Below, piece by piece: positions 12,359-23,826 of a stretch of DNA of 64,000 bases. How positions within the stretch are numbered: the stretch's first letter is position 1; every line of letters begins with the position of its first letter. This stretch comes from Octopus sinensis (taxonomy: Eukaryota): positions 51,956,001-52,020,000 of the forward strand of contig NC_043008.1 of the NCBI RefSeq assembly GCF_006345805.1, written 5' to 3'. The position numbers and the translations under genes were made by a program. Under the pieces are notes generated by a model, which did no database searches, had not been told where the DNA came from, and saw nothing but the letters and a program-made list of their open reading frames with translations.

Positions 12359-12844
12359 TATGAATGCTCTTTATCCTTTAAATTTAAATAAAGAGAAATC
12401 ATTAGCATGACATTTATCTCCAGTCAGTCCAAATGTTTCCATCTTTAATGCATGTCTGTTTGTCACAGTAATTTATATTTAGATTTCCTATATATGAATC
12501 ATGTCTTCCTTTTTCCAGGATATGAGTTCTCTCTAAACATTGAGTATCTTTAGTAATTCCTTGTCAATATTTATGACTAATTGATTTTGTTTGTGAAAAT
12601 AGATCTTTCTAGAAAATAGGAAATCAGGATGGTCATCTGTATAATGGGACTTTCAGTTGTTGTTGTTGTTTAACCCAAAGCCAATCCTGGCCTAAGAGAC
12701 TTATGGTTACAGGTACTCCAGACTATCCCATTTTTAATTAATCATAGTCTATCTCATATTTCAGTATTGTGTTTTTATTAAAAGAAACCAGGATTTTGAG
12801 GAAGATTTGGCTGCTATTTTTAGCAGGTTGTGTTGTCAACTATT

Positions 12845-14294
12845 TTACTACATCTGTGGGAAATTCTGTCTGTGGGTGTCTTTGTGGAGTTGTTAGCTGA
12901 CTCCTCCTACATCGTTTTATCAATTTTGATAAAACTTTGCATGTGAGTAGAACTTGTGTCTGGAAACAAGTGAAGGGATCCTTATATATGACTAATATAT
13001 TTTATTTTAACAGCCAAGGAAAATAACCCATTCATTTTCCTATATTATTTGGTATAAATCAAATTGAGTATGCTTATTTCTTAGTATTTGAACTGTTAGT
13101 TATTGCTGCACATCTCATGTGTCCATAGCTTACACTCGGTACATCTTATGGGGTTTCTACCTACACCTTTTCTACAGATCGAGCAAGGCCATCTACCTGA
13201 AGGAATTTGTAGTTTGTCGGCCTTTTGATAGTGACTCAGCTATTAGAGCAAGGTCATTAGCTTAGAGAAGCTCCCACGGGCATCCTGTCTTAAATTCCTC
13301 TGTTATTTCCTGGAGGACTATGATGAATAAGAAGGAGCTGAGGACTGATCCTTAGTGGACCCTTACCCCTACCTGGAATTTTTCACTGTATTCCGTTGCC
13401 AACCCTCACCTTACTGACAGCATCCCTATACATGGCTTGTACAGTTCTAACTAACCATTCATATATCCCTACTTTCCTCATTGCCCACCAGATAAGGGAT
13501 CGGGGGACCCTGTCAAAGGCTTTCTCCATACCAATGAAAGCCAGATACAGAGGTTTATATTTGGCTAGGTATTTCTCCTGCAGCTGTCTTACCAGAAATA
13601 TAGCATCAGTGATGCTTTTCCCTAGCACAAACACAAACTGCATCTCATCTAGACTAACTCTCTCCTTAATTAGTTGGGCTATGATCCCCTCTGTGACTTT
13701 CATTACCTAATCCAACAACTTGATACCTCTGTACTTATTTGTATCTCATGCATCACCTTTACCTTTGTAGCAGTTGACTATGGTGCTGCTATACCAGTCA
13801 TTAGGTATGACTCCTTCATGTATCACTTGGTTGACTATATGGGTGACTAGACTATAGCCGATACCGCCAGATATTTAAGCATCTGTATTGTGATTCCTGA
13901 TGGGACGGGAGCTTTCCCTGTCTTCATATCCTTAATTGCTTTATCTATCAAGGTACTGTCAGTTCAGATAGTTAGACCCTCTGTTGGGTCAACATTCAGC
14001 AGACTCTCTTTCTCCCATTCATTCTCTTCATTTAGCAACTTTTCATAGTGGCGTCTCCAAATCTCTCTCATTGCAGCCTCACTAATTGCAATTGAACCAT
14101 CATCCATGCAGACACATTTCTCTCCCATGACATCACAATTCTCTCTCATGCACTGTCTTGCAACACGAAATACCTCTAGGCCCTCACAACACAGAACATT
14201 TGCAAATTTTTTCTAATCTGCTTCCCCTCTGGCTAAATAAACCTGACAAAGGATAAGCCCCACTTTTCTGGGAATTACCAGGTACGCCAGCTAG
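12845..14294 (+). mobile_element. Putative non-autonomous Helitron-like element enclosing an RTE fragment
   Basis: 5' part TCTGTCTGT...CTCCTCCTACATCGTTTTATCAATTTTGATAAAACTTTGCATG resembles Helitron-type non-autonomous elements; 3' end has short hairpin CTGG-GAATTA-CCAG then GTACGCCAGCTAG|T. Confidence 0.45.
13095..14247 (-). pseudogene. RTE-clade LINE ORF2 fragment (RT domain plus Cys/His finger)
   Basis: LDEMQFVFVLGKSITDAIFLVRQLQEKY...EKAFDRVPR; GSVLSSFLFIIVL; GCPWELL*ANDLALIAES (YADD-like); PCSICRKGVGRNPIRCTECKLWTH; disrupted by stops and deletions. Confidence 0.93.
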
Positions 14295-14761
14295 TAATAT
14301 AAATAAGAAGGAAGTTGAATAATTCTTTGGTTTTATTTATTCAACATTGCACATGTTTCATTTGCTAATAGGAATCACAAAATTGTACATGTTGGATAAA
14401 CATGAAAGATATTTCCTATTAGAAATTCTTCATACAGAGAATCATGGAGACAAAACATATATATGTAGTTAATATAAAAAAAACATATCAAGAAGAAGCA
14501 CATGCTAAAAATATAGAGCAGTAATTATTACAAAATTTTATATCTTGGACATAGTTATCCAAGGTTTCGCTCCCTCAAAGCTAAAGCCTTGTGGACAGTT
14601 CATCAGGCTTTATTTGAATACAAAATTTTAAAATATCTACGCTGCATATGTGAGGAAACACTCAGAACTCGAGGAATAGGAAAAAATGTTAATGAGTACG
14701 GGTTATTTCCTCTTAAACAGAGGGATTAAAAAAACTTTATATACTTGGAGAGGCCTAATCA

Positions 14762-15300
14762 TCAAATGGGGAGACTTGATGTAATTGACTTAATTCCTCC
14801 CCTGAAATTGCTGGCCTTGTACCAAAATTTGAAACCAATATTATTATTATTATTGATGAGGTGACAAGCTGGCAGAATCATTAGCACACTGGGCAAAATG
14901 CTTAGCAGCATTTCATCTGTCTTTAGATTCTGAGTTTAAATTCCACCGAGGTCAACTTTGCCTTTCAACCTTTCAGGGCCAATAAACTTAGAACACTGTG
15001 GTCAGTGTAATTCTCTTAACCCCTACTCTGAAACTGCTGGTCTTGTACCAAATCTTCATCATTACTGATGTGGTTGCGAGCTGGCAGATTTGTTAGCATG
15101 CCAGGTAAAATGCTTAGCAGCATTTCGTCCGTCTTTGTGTTCTGAGTTTAAATTCTGCTAAGGTTAACTTTGCTTTTCATCCTTTTAGAGTCGATAAAGT
15201 AAGTACTAGTTTATCACTGGGGTTGATGCAATTGACTTATTCCCTGCTCCCAAATTACTGGTCTTGTGCCAAAATCTGAAACCATTATTATTATTATTGA
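14762..15300 (+). mobile_element. Head-to-tail array of Meta-like SINE units joined by (ATT)n tails
   Basis: One partial and two full units (GCTGGCAGA...TTGCCTTTCA...GAAACCATTATTATT). Confidence 0.85.
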
Positions 15301-15594
15301 TATGATTATTTATGTAGTGAGTTGTTTGATGAGGTGTGACCAGTTTATAGATTCATTGATTGGAAATACGCATATAATGTCATAAGTCTAATTAGCTCAT
15401 GGTTTTACCTTCTCATTTATTGGAGCTAATAACTAAGTTCTGCTTATTAGATTATTGAAGTATGGCTGGAGTGGGAGCAAATTAAGTAATATTTCTTTTG
15501 ACTTCCATTTGTGACTACAATCCTCTTTGTTGTGTTTTAGCTTATTTTAACATCTGTTCTGTCTATTCCGGAATATTAGTTAACATTAAAGGTG

Positions 15595-15912
15595 CAAATA
15601 TGATGGTTTAGTTAAGTTCACTTCTCGACCATGTGGTTTCAGGTTCTATCCCAGTATGTTGCACCTTGGGCAAGTATCTTCTGTTACGGTTTTGGCTAAC
15701 CAAAGCCTTATCAGTGGATTTGGTAGGTGAAAGCTGAAAGCAGTCCATTGTATGTGTGTGCATGTCTATGTGTACCTGTACCTCCTTATGTTGCCATCAT
15801 GGGGTAGTTATAAGCAAGCATTACTATTATACAAGCAGTCTCTTATTTCCAATGTTCATGAAAGCATTTCCAGCCATGGGGAAATATTACCTTGCTTAGA
15901 AACAGGTGAGGC
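15595..15912 (+). mobile_element. Old CORE-like SINE, 3'-truncated
   Basis: CACCTTGGGCAAGTATCTTCT core, GTGGATTTGGTAG, CATGGGGAAATATTACCTTGCTT. Confidence 0.75.
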
Positions 15913-16194
15913 AACTAAACCTTGTACGTGTGTGTAAACAGTTAAGTATTGTTTATGTTCAAGTATTCTTATGTAAATGAGTAAATATCATTATTTTAAT
16001 GCTTTTCATAAAACTAACTACAAGCCAACTTATATGACTGGTGCCTTTTTGTCTGATGTAATAATGGATTGATTTAATTATACTAATCTGTGCTTTGGAT
16101 TTACCGTTGAGACACATTGTTTGAAGTGACCTAGAAGAATATGTGGTAACTTCTTCAAAAACAAAACAAAATAGTTTTGAAACAGTAACTGTCT

Positions 16195-16412
16195 AGAAAT
16201 CCTTTCTACTATAGGTACAAGGCCTAACATTTGGGTGACGGGATGGTCAATTACATCAACTCCAGTACTTAACTGGTACTTAATTCATTGACCCTGAAAG
16301 GATGAAAGGCAAAGTTGACCTCGGCAGAATTTGAACTCGGAACGTAGCAGCAGACGAAATACCACTAAGCATTTCACCCGGCATGCTAATGACTCTGCCA
16401 GCTCGCCACCTT
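16195..16412 (-). mobile_element. Meta-like SINE
   Basis: GAAAGGATGAAAGGCAAAGTTGACCTCGGCAGAATTTGAACTC...CTGCCAGCTCGCCACCTT. Confidence 0.88.
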
Positions 16413-16429
16413 GTAACTTTCTAATAATG

Positions 16430-16662
16430 TCTCAGGACTCGTAGGACTAGTTTCCCAGTTTTCATGTCAAATAAGTGGCAGAAATCAGAATATTCCACTG
16501 GAATTGGATGCCAGTCTGTCACAGCTGGAATTGGATGCCAGCATAGCTTGAACTGAAGTATTTTGCTCAAGAACACTACACACTGTTCAATCTGGAAATC
16601 AAAACCATGATCTTACGATCATGAGAGCAACACCCTAACCACCAAGCCATGCTTCTTCACAA
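16430..16662 (-). mobile_element. Third tRNA-derived SINE family (related copies about 37340-37625 -, 55665-55915 -, 750-960 +, 45600-45850 +)
   Basis: Shared TTGCTCAAGAACAC...GAAATCAAAACCATGATCTTACGATCATGAG..CAACACCCTAACCAC motif. Confidence 0.7.
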
Positions 16663-17864
16663 TGAAGCCGGTAGCGCAGAAAACAATCAGTCAAATAATA
16701 ACAGCTCATCTAAAGTTGTTCAACATTTAAATCTTAATAATCCTGTAACAGGTTCTCAGTGCAGCAACACCTAATGTTTCCTATGGTCTTCAAAATCAAG
16801 AGTACATAAGCGAGAAAGAGTTACTGCTACTCACCTCTTCTTTCTCTTTATCCGCATCTTCTATCTCTGTTTTCTTACTCTTTATCTTCTTTACCTTCCT
16901 CTTCCTTCTCCTCTCCTTTGTTCTCTCCACCACCTCTTACCACTACTCTGCAGGTGCACCACTTGAAGAATCACTTCTCAATTGCTTCACATCACCATCT
17001 TTTATGACAATCATAAAACATTGGACAAAATGTCTTGTGGTATCTGGTCACTGCTTTTGTACATTCTTAGTTCGAATCACAGTAAAGTCATCTTTGTCTC
17101 TCGTCCTTCTGGGGTGAATAAAAATAAATGTCAGTCAAGTCCTGGGATTGGTTAACTGATATTCTTATAATGCTTCCTATATGTGAATGGGATTATAATA
17201 AATGATGGTCTCTAATTTGGGGATCATGTTTTAAGTTTTAAAACCTAAGACTACATGTTCGAGTAACTACTTTTAAAACTACTGATCAAATGTTTCGCCT
17301 ATTTGGCTTTTTTTTTTGTTTCACGAGGGTGGCTGAGCAGGAATTCACAGCTATATTTTCAGTATGAGAAACCTCACTAAACCATTTCTATCGCAAATCA
17401 AGTTTTCTCTGTAATTGTTATACTATTGCTTTGCAACCATGTAGTTGGGAGTTTGATTGCACATGAAGCACCTTGTGAATTAAATTTGGTAAATGAAAAC
17501 TGTACAAAAGTCAGTTGTATGCTTATGTTTCTATGTGTGCATTTATTAGCATGAGACAACAGAATTAGTGTTGATAAAAAGTCCATTGTATGTCAACCCA
17601 TCTTGGTTATCTTCCTTTATGCCCACTCAGCTTTTCCTTTTGTCTTCCTTCAAGGTCACTTACATAAATAACAGAGCAAGTACTGTGGTCAATATTATCA
17701 GCTAAAAAGACCATTGTTGACAATATCTCAATTTGGCAGTTGTCCAATGACTGAGATCCTTCTAGAATTTATCATTTCAAAAATCTATTTTATCATTTGA
17801 AGCATGTTTGTGTAGACATATCTGCAGTAGAATACACATCATCATGGCATGTGTTATTGACCAT

Positions 17865-18025
17865 ATCTGCAGTATGACGTGTCACATACATGCAATGCAC
17901 CTTGTTGCATGTACACCTGCAATGTGACTTGTCACACACATGTGCCTGCAGTGCAACTAGTTGCACATATGCCTGCAATGCAGACATGTCTGCAATACAA
18001 CTTGCTGCATACCTTCAGTACAACA
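17865..18025. repeat. Degenerate minisatellite, unit about 27 bp, internally palindromic
   Basis: Repeats of TGCAATGCAACTTGTTGCACATATGCC-like units; perfect palindrome GTGCAACTAGTTGCAC at 17951-17966. Confidence 0.7.
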
Positions 18026-18318
18026 CAAATTGTTGTGGCTCTAAATCACATGAGTTCCAGCATCTTGAGAACTTTAAGTACTGTTACTCATCTCTTGGTT
18101 AGTTTTTCTTTACTAAGGTTCCCTACAACAATCAGTACAGTATATTTTCATCTAGCACTAATCTTCTATCTATTCAGCTCTACTAACCAGGCAGTACAGT
18201 TATTTTTTTGTTGTTATACATTAGTTTGTACCTATAATTAATTACTAGCTGTTTTTCTAATAAGCTTGTGCACCACCTTCCGTGCAAGTTCGCATAATGC
18301 GTCTAACCTTATTTTCAG

Positions 18319-18600
18319 CCAGCACCGCCTCGACTGGCTTCCGTGCCGGTGGCACATAAAATACACCAATCTGACCGTGGCCGTTGCCAGCCCCGCCTGG
18401 CACCTGTGCAGGTGGCACGTAAAAAGCACCCACTACACTCACGGAGTGGTTGGCGTTAGGAAGGGCATCCAGCTGTAGAAACATTGCCAAATTAGACTGG
18501 AGCCTGGTGCAGCCTTCTGGCTTCCCAGAACCCCGGTCGAACCGTCCAACCCATGCTAGCATGGAGAACGGACGTTAAACGACGATGATGATGATGATGA
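18319..18600 (+). mobile_element. Young RTE-tail element
   Basis: GGTGGCACGTAAAAAGCACC subrepeats, GGCGTTAGGAAGGGCATCCAGC, (GAT)n tail; CpGs intact. Confidence 0.92.
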
Positions 18601-18954
18601 GCAAAACTTCAATATTCACTACCTACAATCTCATTGCTGCATATCCTAATGCTCCTTTTGCATATTTCATTTAGTCTACTTGCCCACCTTTCATCACATC
18701 TATTTCTAGTATTATTTAGGTCAAATGTGTTATAGAATCTATCTAAATCTTCATGAACTTCATCTCATGGGTGTCACTGTTCCTGTAGATCTGCCACATC
18801 AAAAGTCTTGGGCCTAGTCTAGTAGAGGTCTCACTTCAAGTCTTGTGTACCATTTACATACAATGCTTATACAACTCTGAGTCCAGGTTATTGCCTTCCT
18901 ACATACTGATCAAGATCACCTGACATTGGTATTAGCTCTCAGTTACTAACTAAA

Positions 18955-19047
18955 ATGTTGACTTTTAAATTCTTCCAGGTTTGGGACTTTTTCAACAAGG
19001 AAGAAGCAGCAGATTAAATATAATGTTCTCAATGTGATTCAGTCTAG
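18955..19047 (+). pseudogene. Possible decayed BED zinc-finger N-terminus (hAT-type transposase relic)
   Basis: In-frame MLTFKFFQVWDFFNKEEAAD*I*CSQCDSV* has the VWxFF...CxxC spacing; the downstream His pair is not visible. Confidence 0.35.
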
Positions 19048-19365
19048 AATTTCTGCTGTATTTTTTTCCAGAATTTTAGCTAGCAGAAGTGCACTGTATA
19101 CTCTATTCTTTGAATTCTGTCCTTGTTTATGCATTTTTGAATATGACTTCAACCCTTTATTCTTAGATTTCTCGGTGTCCATCAAGCTGGAATTCGGGAA
19201 TCTTGTCAAATACATTTTTATAATGTAAGTTTGAGAAATTCACCAGCTTGGTACTGTGTGTTTGGACTTAAAGAACCCAATTTAAATAGTATCTGCAAAT
19301 GTTACTCTTTCACTGCTAAGTATTATAAGATAGAGGTCCTTGTGTTATGATTTCTATACATTTAA

Positions 19366-19585
19366 CCCTTTCATTACTCTATTTATTTTGAGATGCTCTC
19401 TATTTCTTTCAGTTACTTTAAATATAACAAAGAATTTAGTAAAATAATTTAGTTATCATTCAGCTAGTGTTAAGAACATAACTTGTGACTAAGGTTTGGT
19501 GGAAGATTTTAATTCCAAACTTATGAAAACAAGACATTTGTACTCAGAGCTAGGGCCGGTTTCAGCCGGGTTGGTAACGAAAGGG
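19366..19585. mobile_element. TTAA-flanked piggyBac-like MITE, family 2
   Basis: TTAA|CCCTTTCATTAC ... GTAACGAAAGGG|TTAA. Confidence 0.9.
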
Positions 19586-20016
19586 TTAAACAAGAGTTCA
19601 CACAGACAAATATCCACCCAAAGGCTATTTGCACTTAGCTGTAAATGATAGTCAAGCCAACGTTTAAATAAAAGAAAATCAATCACAAAATCTATAAGAA
19701 AAGCCATCAGTTTTGAAATGGTATATATTATTCTCCCCAACAAAAATTGACCTCATTTTACATAAGAGAGACGGAGAGGAGGAAAACTTCAAACATGTCA
19801 CTGACCAATCAGATCAAACTTGTTACTGGCACATAGATTTTCATTTGGATAATTTTCAAATGAAACACCTTCTCTTTTGTGTAATAGAACTAATTTATTT
19901 CTGTTTCTAAAAACCACTACAACTACTTCTACATTTGATAACACTCAGTAAAATATACTGTATATTTAGTCTGTAATAGAAAGAAAAGATAGAGCCTAAG
20001 TTGAGTTATATATTAA

Positions 20017-20251
20017 CCCTTTAACTGTGAAATTATATTTCATGTAATTCCAGTAACGATGTCTAGCAAAAAAAAAAAAAAAAATTGATATTTTTTGCAT
20101 GTTACCTTAGTAAACTTGATATATCTCAACAAAAAAATTGTTTCAAAGTTGATATTCCTCAACAAAATATAGATTGGTATACAAAATTGTTTTCCATAGT
20201 TCAGGGCAATGGAATTTTTAGTGGACATATCTGCTTTCCACAATGAAAGGG
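20017..20251. mobile_element. TTAA-flanked MITE with different interior
   Basis: TTAA|CCCTTTAACTGTG ... CACAATGAAAGGG|TTAA. Confidence 0.75.
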
Positions 20252-20904
20252 TTAAGGATAGTTGTAATAATCAATAAGTTGATGATTTATGATGGCAGTA
20301 AAAATCAAGAGAATGGGTAACACTGAAAATTAAGATTCCTGATAAACTATTTTCTGCGCACACCCACGGCAAAATATTGTGTTCAAATTTTGTCTTTCAT
20401 TGTAAAGTACGTACACATCCATGCAAATACCCATCCCTCAATCACTCTATTGACCACCTCAGCAATTGTATGCCATTTTTAAGTGTATATTATTATTTAA
20501 GAGTTTATTATGAAGTTATATGATTAATTTCTTCAGTTAAAAAAGAAAGAAAGCAAAACTTGATTTCGTTTTTAAAAACCTTGTGTGAATACACTTTCTT
20601 CTTTTTTTGTTCAAGTGCATAAGATGTGCAGGTTGCATGCATTTTAGCACATGTACACAAGTGCACAACTTTGAGAGAGAACATAGCTGAAGTGTTATGT
20701 GTGTTTGTGTGAAATGAACTGGAGAATGCCATTGTTCATTCAGGCCAGGCTCTCTTCTACTTCATCATATTGCACCACATAATTCAGAGTGGTTTACAAT
20801 CTATTTCATTTATTCTGTTAATGTTCCTGAATAAGTTCTATATTTGTGGCTCTTTGTGTATGTAACAGTGACTGTTTAACATTTATATTGCCTCAAAAAG
20901 TCGA

Positions 20905-21290
20905 TGACTAGTGGCCGAGACCTTTGGCGATATGCTGTGCTTGAGAAAATCCCATCAAGCCAAGTGAAATCGTAGTCATACCAGTGGCACATAAAGGGCA
21001 CCTTTCAAGCATTGGACCTCACGGAAGCAAAGTGGCTGAATTCCATTCAAGCATTGGACTTCACAGAGGCAATGACCGGGACATTTGACATTATGCTATG
21101 CTTGAGAAGAAGACCCATCAAGCCGAGCAAAATCAGTCATGACAGATACTGGTGTCATGCAAATGGTACCCATGCTGGTGGTACATAAAAGCACCCATTA
21201 CTCTCTCAGAGTAGTTGGTGTTAGGAAAGGCATCCAGCCATAGAAAACCATGCCAAATCAGACAACATAGACAATGGATGTTAAATGATG
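20905..21290 (+). mobile_element. RTE LINE 3' UTR with internal tandem duplication and tail
   Basis: TATGCTGTGCTTGAGAA..CCCATCAAGCC occurs twice; GTTAGGAAAGGCATCCAGCC; ends GATGTTAAATGATGA. Confidence 0.8.
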
Positions 21291-21299
21291 ACACACACA

Positions 21300-22018
21300 T
21301 TGACCACCAGATAAGGGATCAGGGGACCCTGTCAAAGGCTTTCTCCAAGTCAACAAAGGCCAAGTACAGAGGTTTATCTTAGGTTAAGTATTTTTCCTGC
21401 GGCTGTCTTATCAGAAATGTAGCATCAGTGGTGCTTTTCTCTGGCACAAACCCAAACTTCATCTCATCTAGACTAACTTTCTCCCTAATTAGTTGGGCTA
21501 TGACACTTTGTGACTTTCATCACCCAGTCCAACAATTTGATACCTCTGTAATTATTTCTATCTAAGGCATCACCTTTACCTTTGTAGCAGTTGACTATGG
21601 TGCTGCTACACCAGTCATTGGATATGACTCCTTAGTGAACCACCTGATTTACAATATGGATGATTAGACCATAACCCACACCGCCAGCTATTTTAGGCAT
21701 CTCTACAGTGATTCCTGATGGGCCAGGAGCTTTCCCTGTCTTCATATCCTTAACTGCTTTATCTACCAAGGAACTGTCAATTTGGTTAGCTGGTCCCTCA
21801 ATTGGGTCAACATTTGGCAGACTCTCCTCTTCCCATTCATCCTCAACGTTCAGCAGTCTTTCATAATGGCATTTCCAAGCCTCTTTCTTTGCAGACTAAT
21901 TAAATGCAAGTGAGCCATCATCCATGTGGAGACATTTCTCTCCTATAACATCACAATTTTCTCTCACACACTGTCTTGCAATCTGAGACACTTCAGTTTT
22001 TTGGCCCTCACGTCACTG
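21300..22018 (-). pseudogene. RTE LINE ORF2 internal fragment (RT N-terminal half)
   Basis: Colinear paralogue of about 13481-14190 (e.g. ACCTTTACCTTTGTAGCAGTTGACTATGGTGCTGCTA); bounded by (CA)n and (TA)n. Confidence 0.92.
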
Positions 22019-22845
22019 ATATATATATATATATATATTGTAAACCAATTCAAAAGAAGTTTTATTTAAACTTTGTTCTGCTCACCCTCTAATCTGTTAA
22101 TCATAGCTGTTAATCATGATTAAGTGTGTTTTATATTAGGTGAAGTCAGCATCCATCATAATTTGGTACTGCACTGCATTTTTGTACTCAGTTCAAAATA
22201 TGATTTCCGTATTTTTATCTGTTATTACTATTGTAGAAAATAATTAAGGATAAAATGTTATAGTATACATATGTGTGTGTGTGTGTATGTTTAAACTAAT
22301 GGAAAGGATTTTGCCTCTTTCAGTAAAGGGTGCGTGTATGAGTGTTTACACAAATGCACATACACAAGTTTTCTTTCAATTTCTGTTTATCATCCCTATT
22401 CATAGGGCTATGGTTAATCTGGAGCTATAGAGAAAGTTACTTGCCTAAGGTGTCTTGCAGTGAGGTTTTGTGGCTGTAAATCAAGTTTATTTCATCATAT
22501 AGTTATACCTGTCCCTACCTTCATGTATGTAAGTAACACCTAACAATAAATATACTCACTGCAGTCATAATCAGATTTATGCAGGTCATTGTTTGAAATT
22601 AATAATTGCTTTCTTAGCTATTTATGTTGATGGAATCTTACCCTTAATTGCTGGCTCACAGCTGGTAATGCCACTTCAGTATTCCAGTGCTTTGTTGTGT
22701 TCTAATGCCTGTTGGTGACTGGTTGGTTGGGATTTGTAGACTGTTCCTACTGTGGTGGGTCATGTCTATCTTGCTCCATCATCTTTCATGTAATTGTTGT
22801 TAAACCAGTAAAAGAACTTCTGAATGGCCCCTCATTGTATTTTAA

Positions 22846-23067
22846 CCCTTTAGCATTTAAACCGGCCATATCCGGCCAAAAGTATTCTGCTTGTTTTATG
22901 TTCAAATTGGCCAGATCTGGTCTCTCACACAAACCCTACAATATTGTTTTTAAAAATTAACAGCTACCTCATCAAAATCTCATAACTACAAGATAATGCA
23001 TGATTAGTTCAAAACAAAGTGGATGAAAAAGCATTAATTTTGGCAGAATAATGTGAACACTAAAGGG
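22846..23067. mobile_element. TTAA-flanked piggyBac-like MITE, family 1 (best copy)
   Basis: TTAA|CCCTTTAGCATT ... AACACTAAAGGG|TTAA; subterminal CCGGCCATATCCGGCC. Confidence 0.9.
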
Positions 23068-23401
23068 TTAATTTAACTGAATGACCAGGTTTCAGGTTCA
23101 GTCCAGAGTGAAGCACTTAGGACCAGTGTCTTCTACCATTGCTTTGAGTTGATCTGTTTTATGAGAAATAATTAGGTAAAGAGAAATCTGTGTAGATACC
23201 CATTGTGTGCGTGTGTGTGTGTGCATGCATGCATTTGCTTTCACATTCAAACTCCTTGCATAGTAACACTGTTTATGTATCACATAAGCCAGAAGTCTGC
23301 CAGTTCAGCAGTTCAGTAAGTGATGTAGAATAAAGTATGTTATGTGTAAAACGAGGATTGGAGTCAGGAAGGGCATCCAGCTATGGAACTCTAGAAATAT
23401 T

Positions 23402-23826
23402 ACTCTCTCTCTCTTTTACTCTTTTCAGTCATTTGACTGCGGCCATGCTGGAGCACCACCTTTAGTCGAGCAAATTGACCCCGGGACTTATTCTTTGTAA
23501 GCCCAGTACTTATTCTATCGGTCTCTTTTTGCCGAACTGCTAAGTGACGGGGACGTAAACACACCAGCATCGGTTGTCAAGCGATGGTGGGGGGAGGGAC
23601 AAACACAGACACACAAATATATACACACACACACACACACATACATATATATATACATATATACGACAGGCTTCTTTCAGTTTCCGTCTACCAAATCCAC
23701 CCACAAGGCATTGGTCGGCCCGAGGCTATAGCAGAAGACACTTGTCCAAGATGCTATGCAGTAGGACTGAACCCGGAACCATGTGGTTGGTAAGCAAGCT
23801 ACTTACCACACAGCCACTCCTGCGCC
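23402..23826 (-). mobile_element. Young full-length tRNA-derived CORE-like SINE
   Basis: Reverse complement of 39224-39615; central (CA)/(TA) microsatellite. Confidence 0.93.

Noticed and set aside
13095-14247. Reverse transcriptase as part of a novel retron- or DGR-like system
   Set aside because: Motifs are typical RTE non-LTR ORF2, broken by stops and deletions, with a paralogous fragment at 21.3 kb
16830-17045. Long pyrimidine tract ending CTGCAG|G
   Set aside because: It is low-complexity sequence and the downstream frame runs into a decayed SINE
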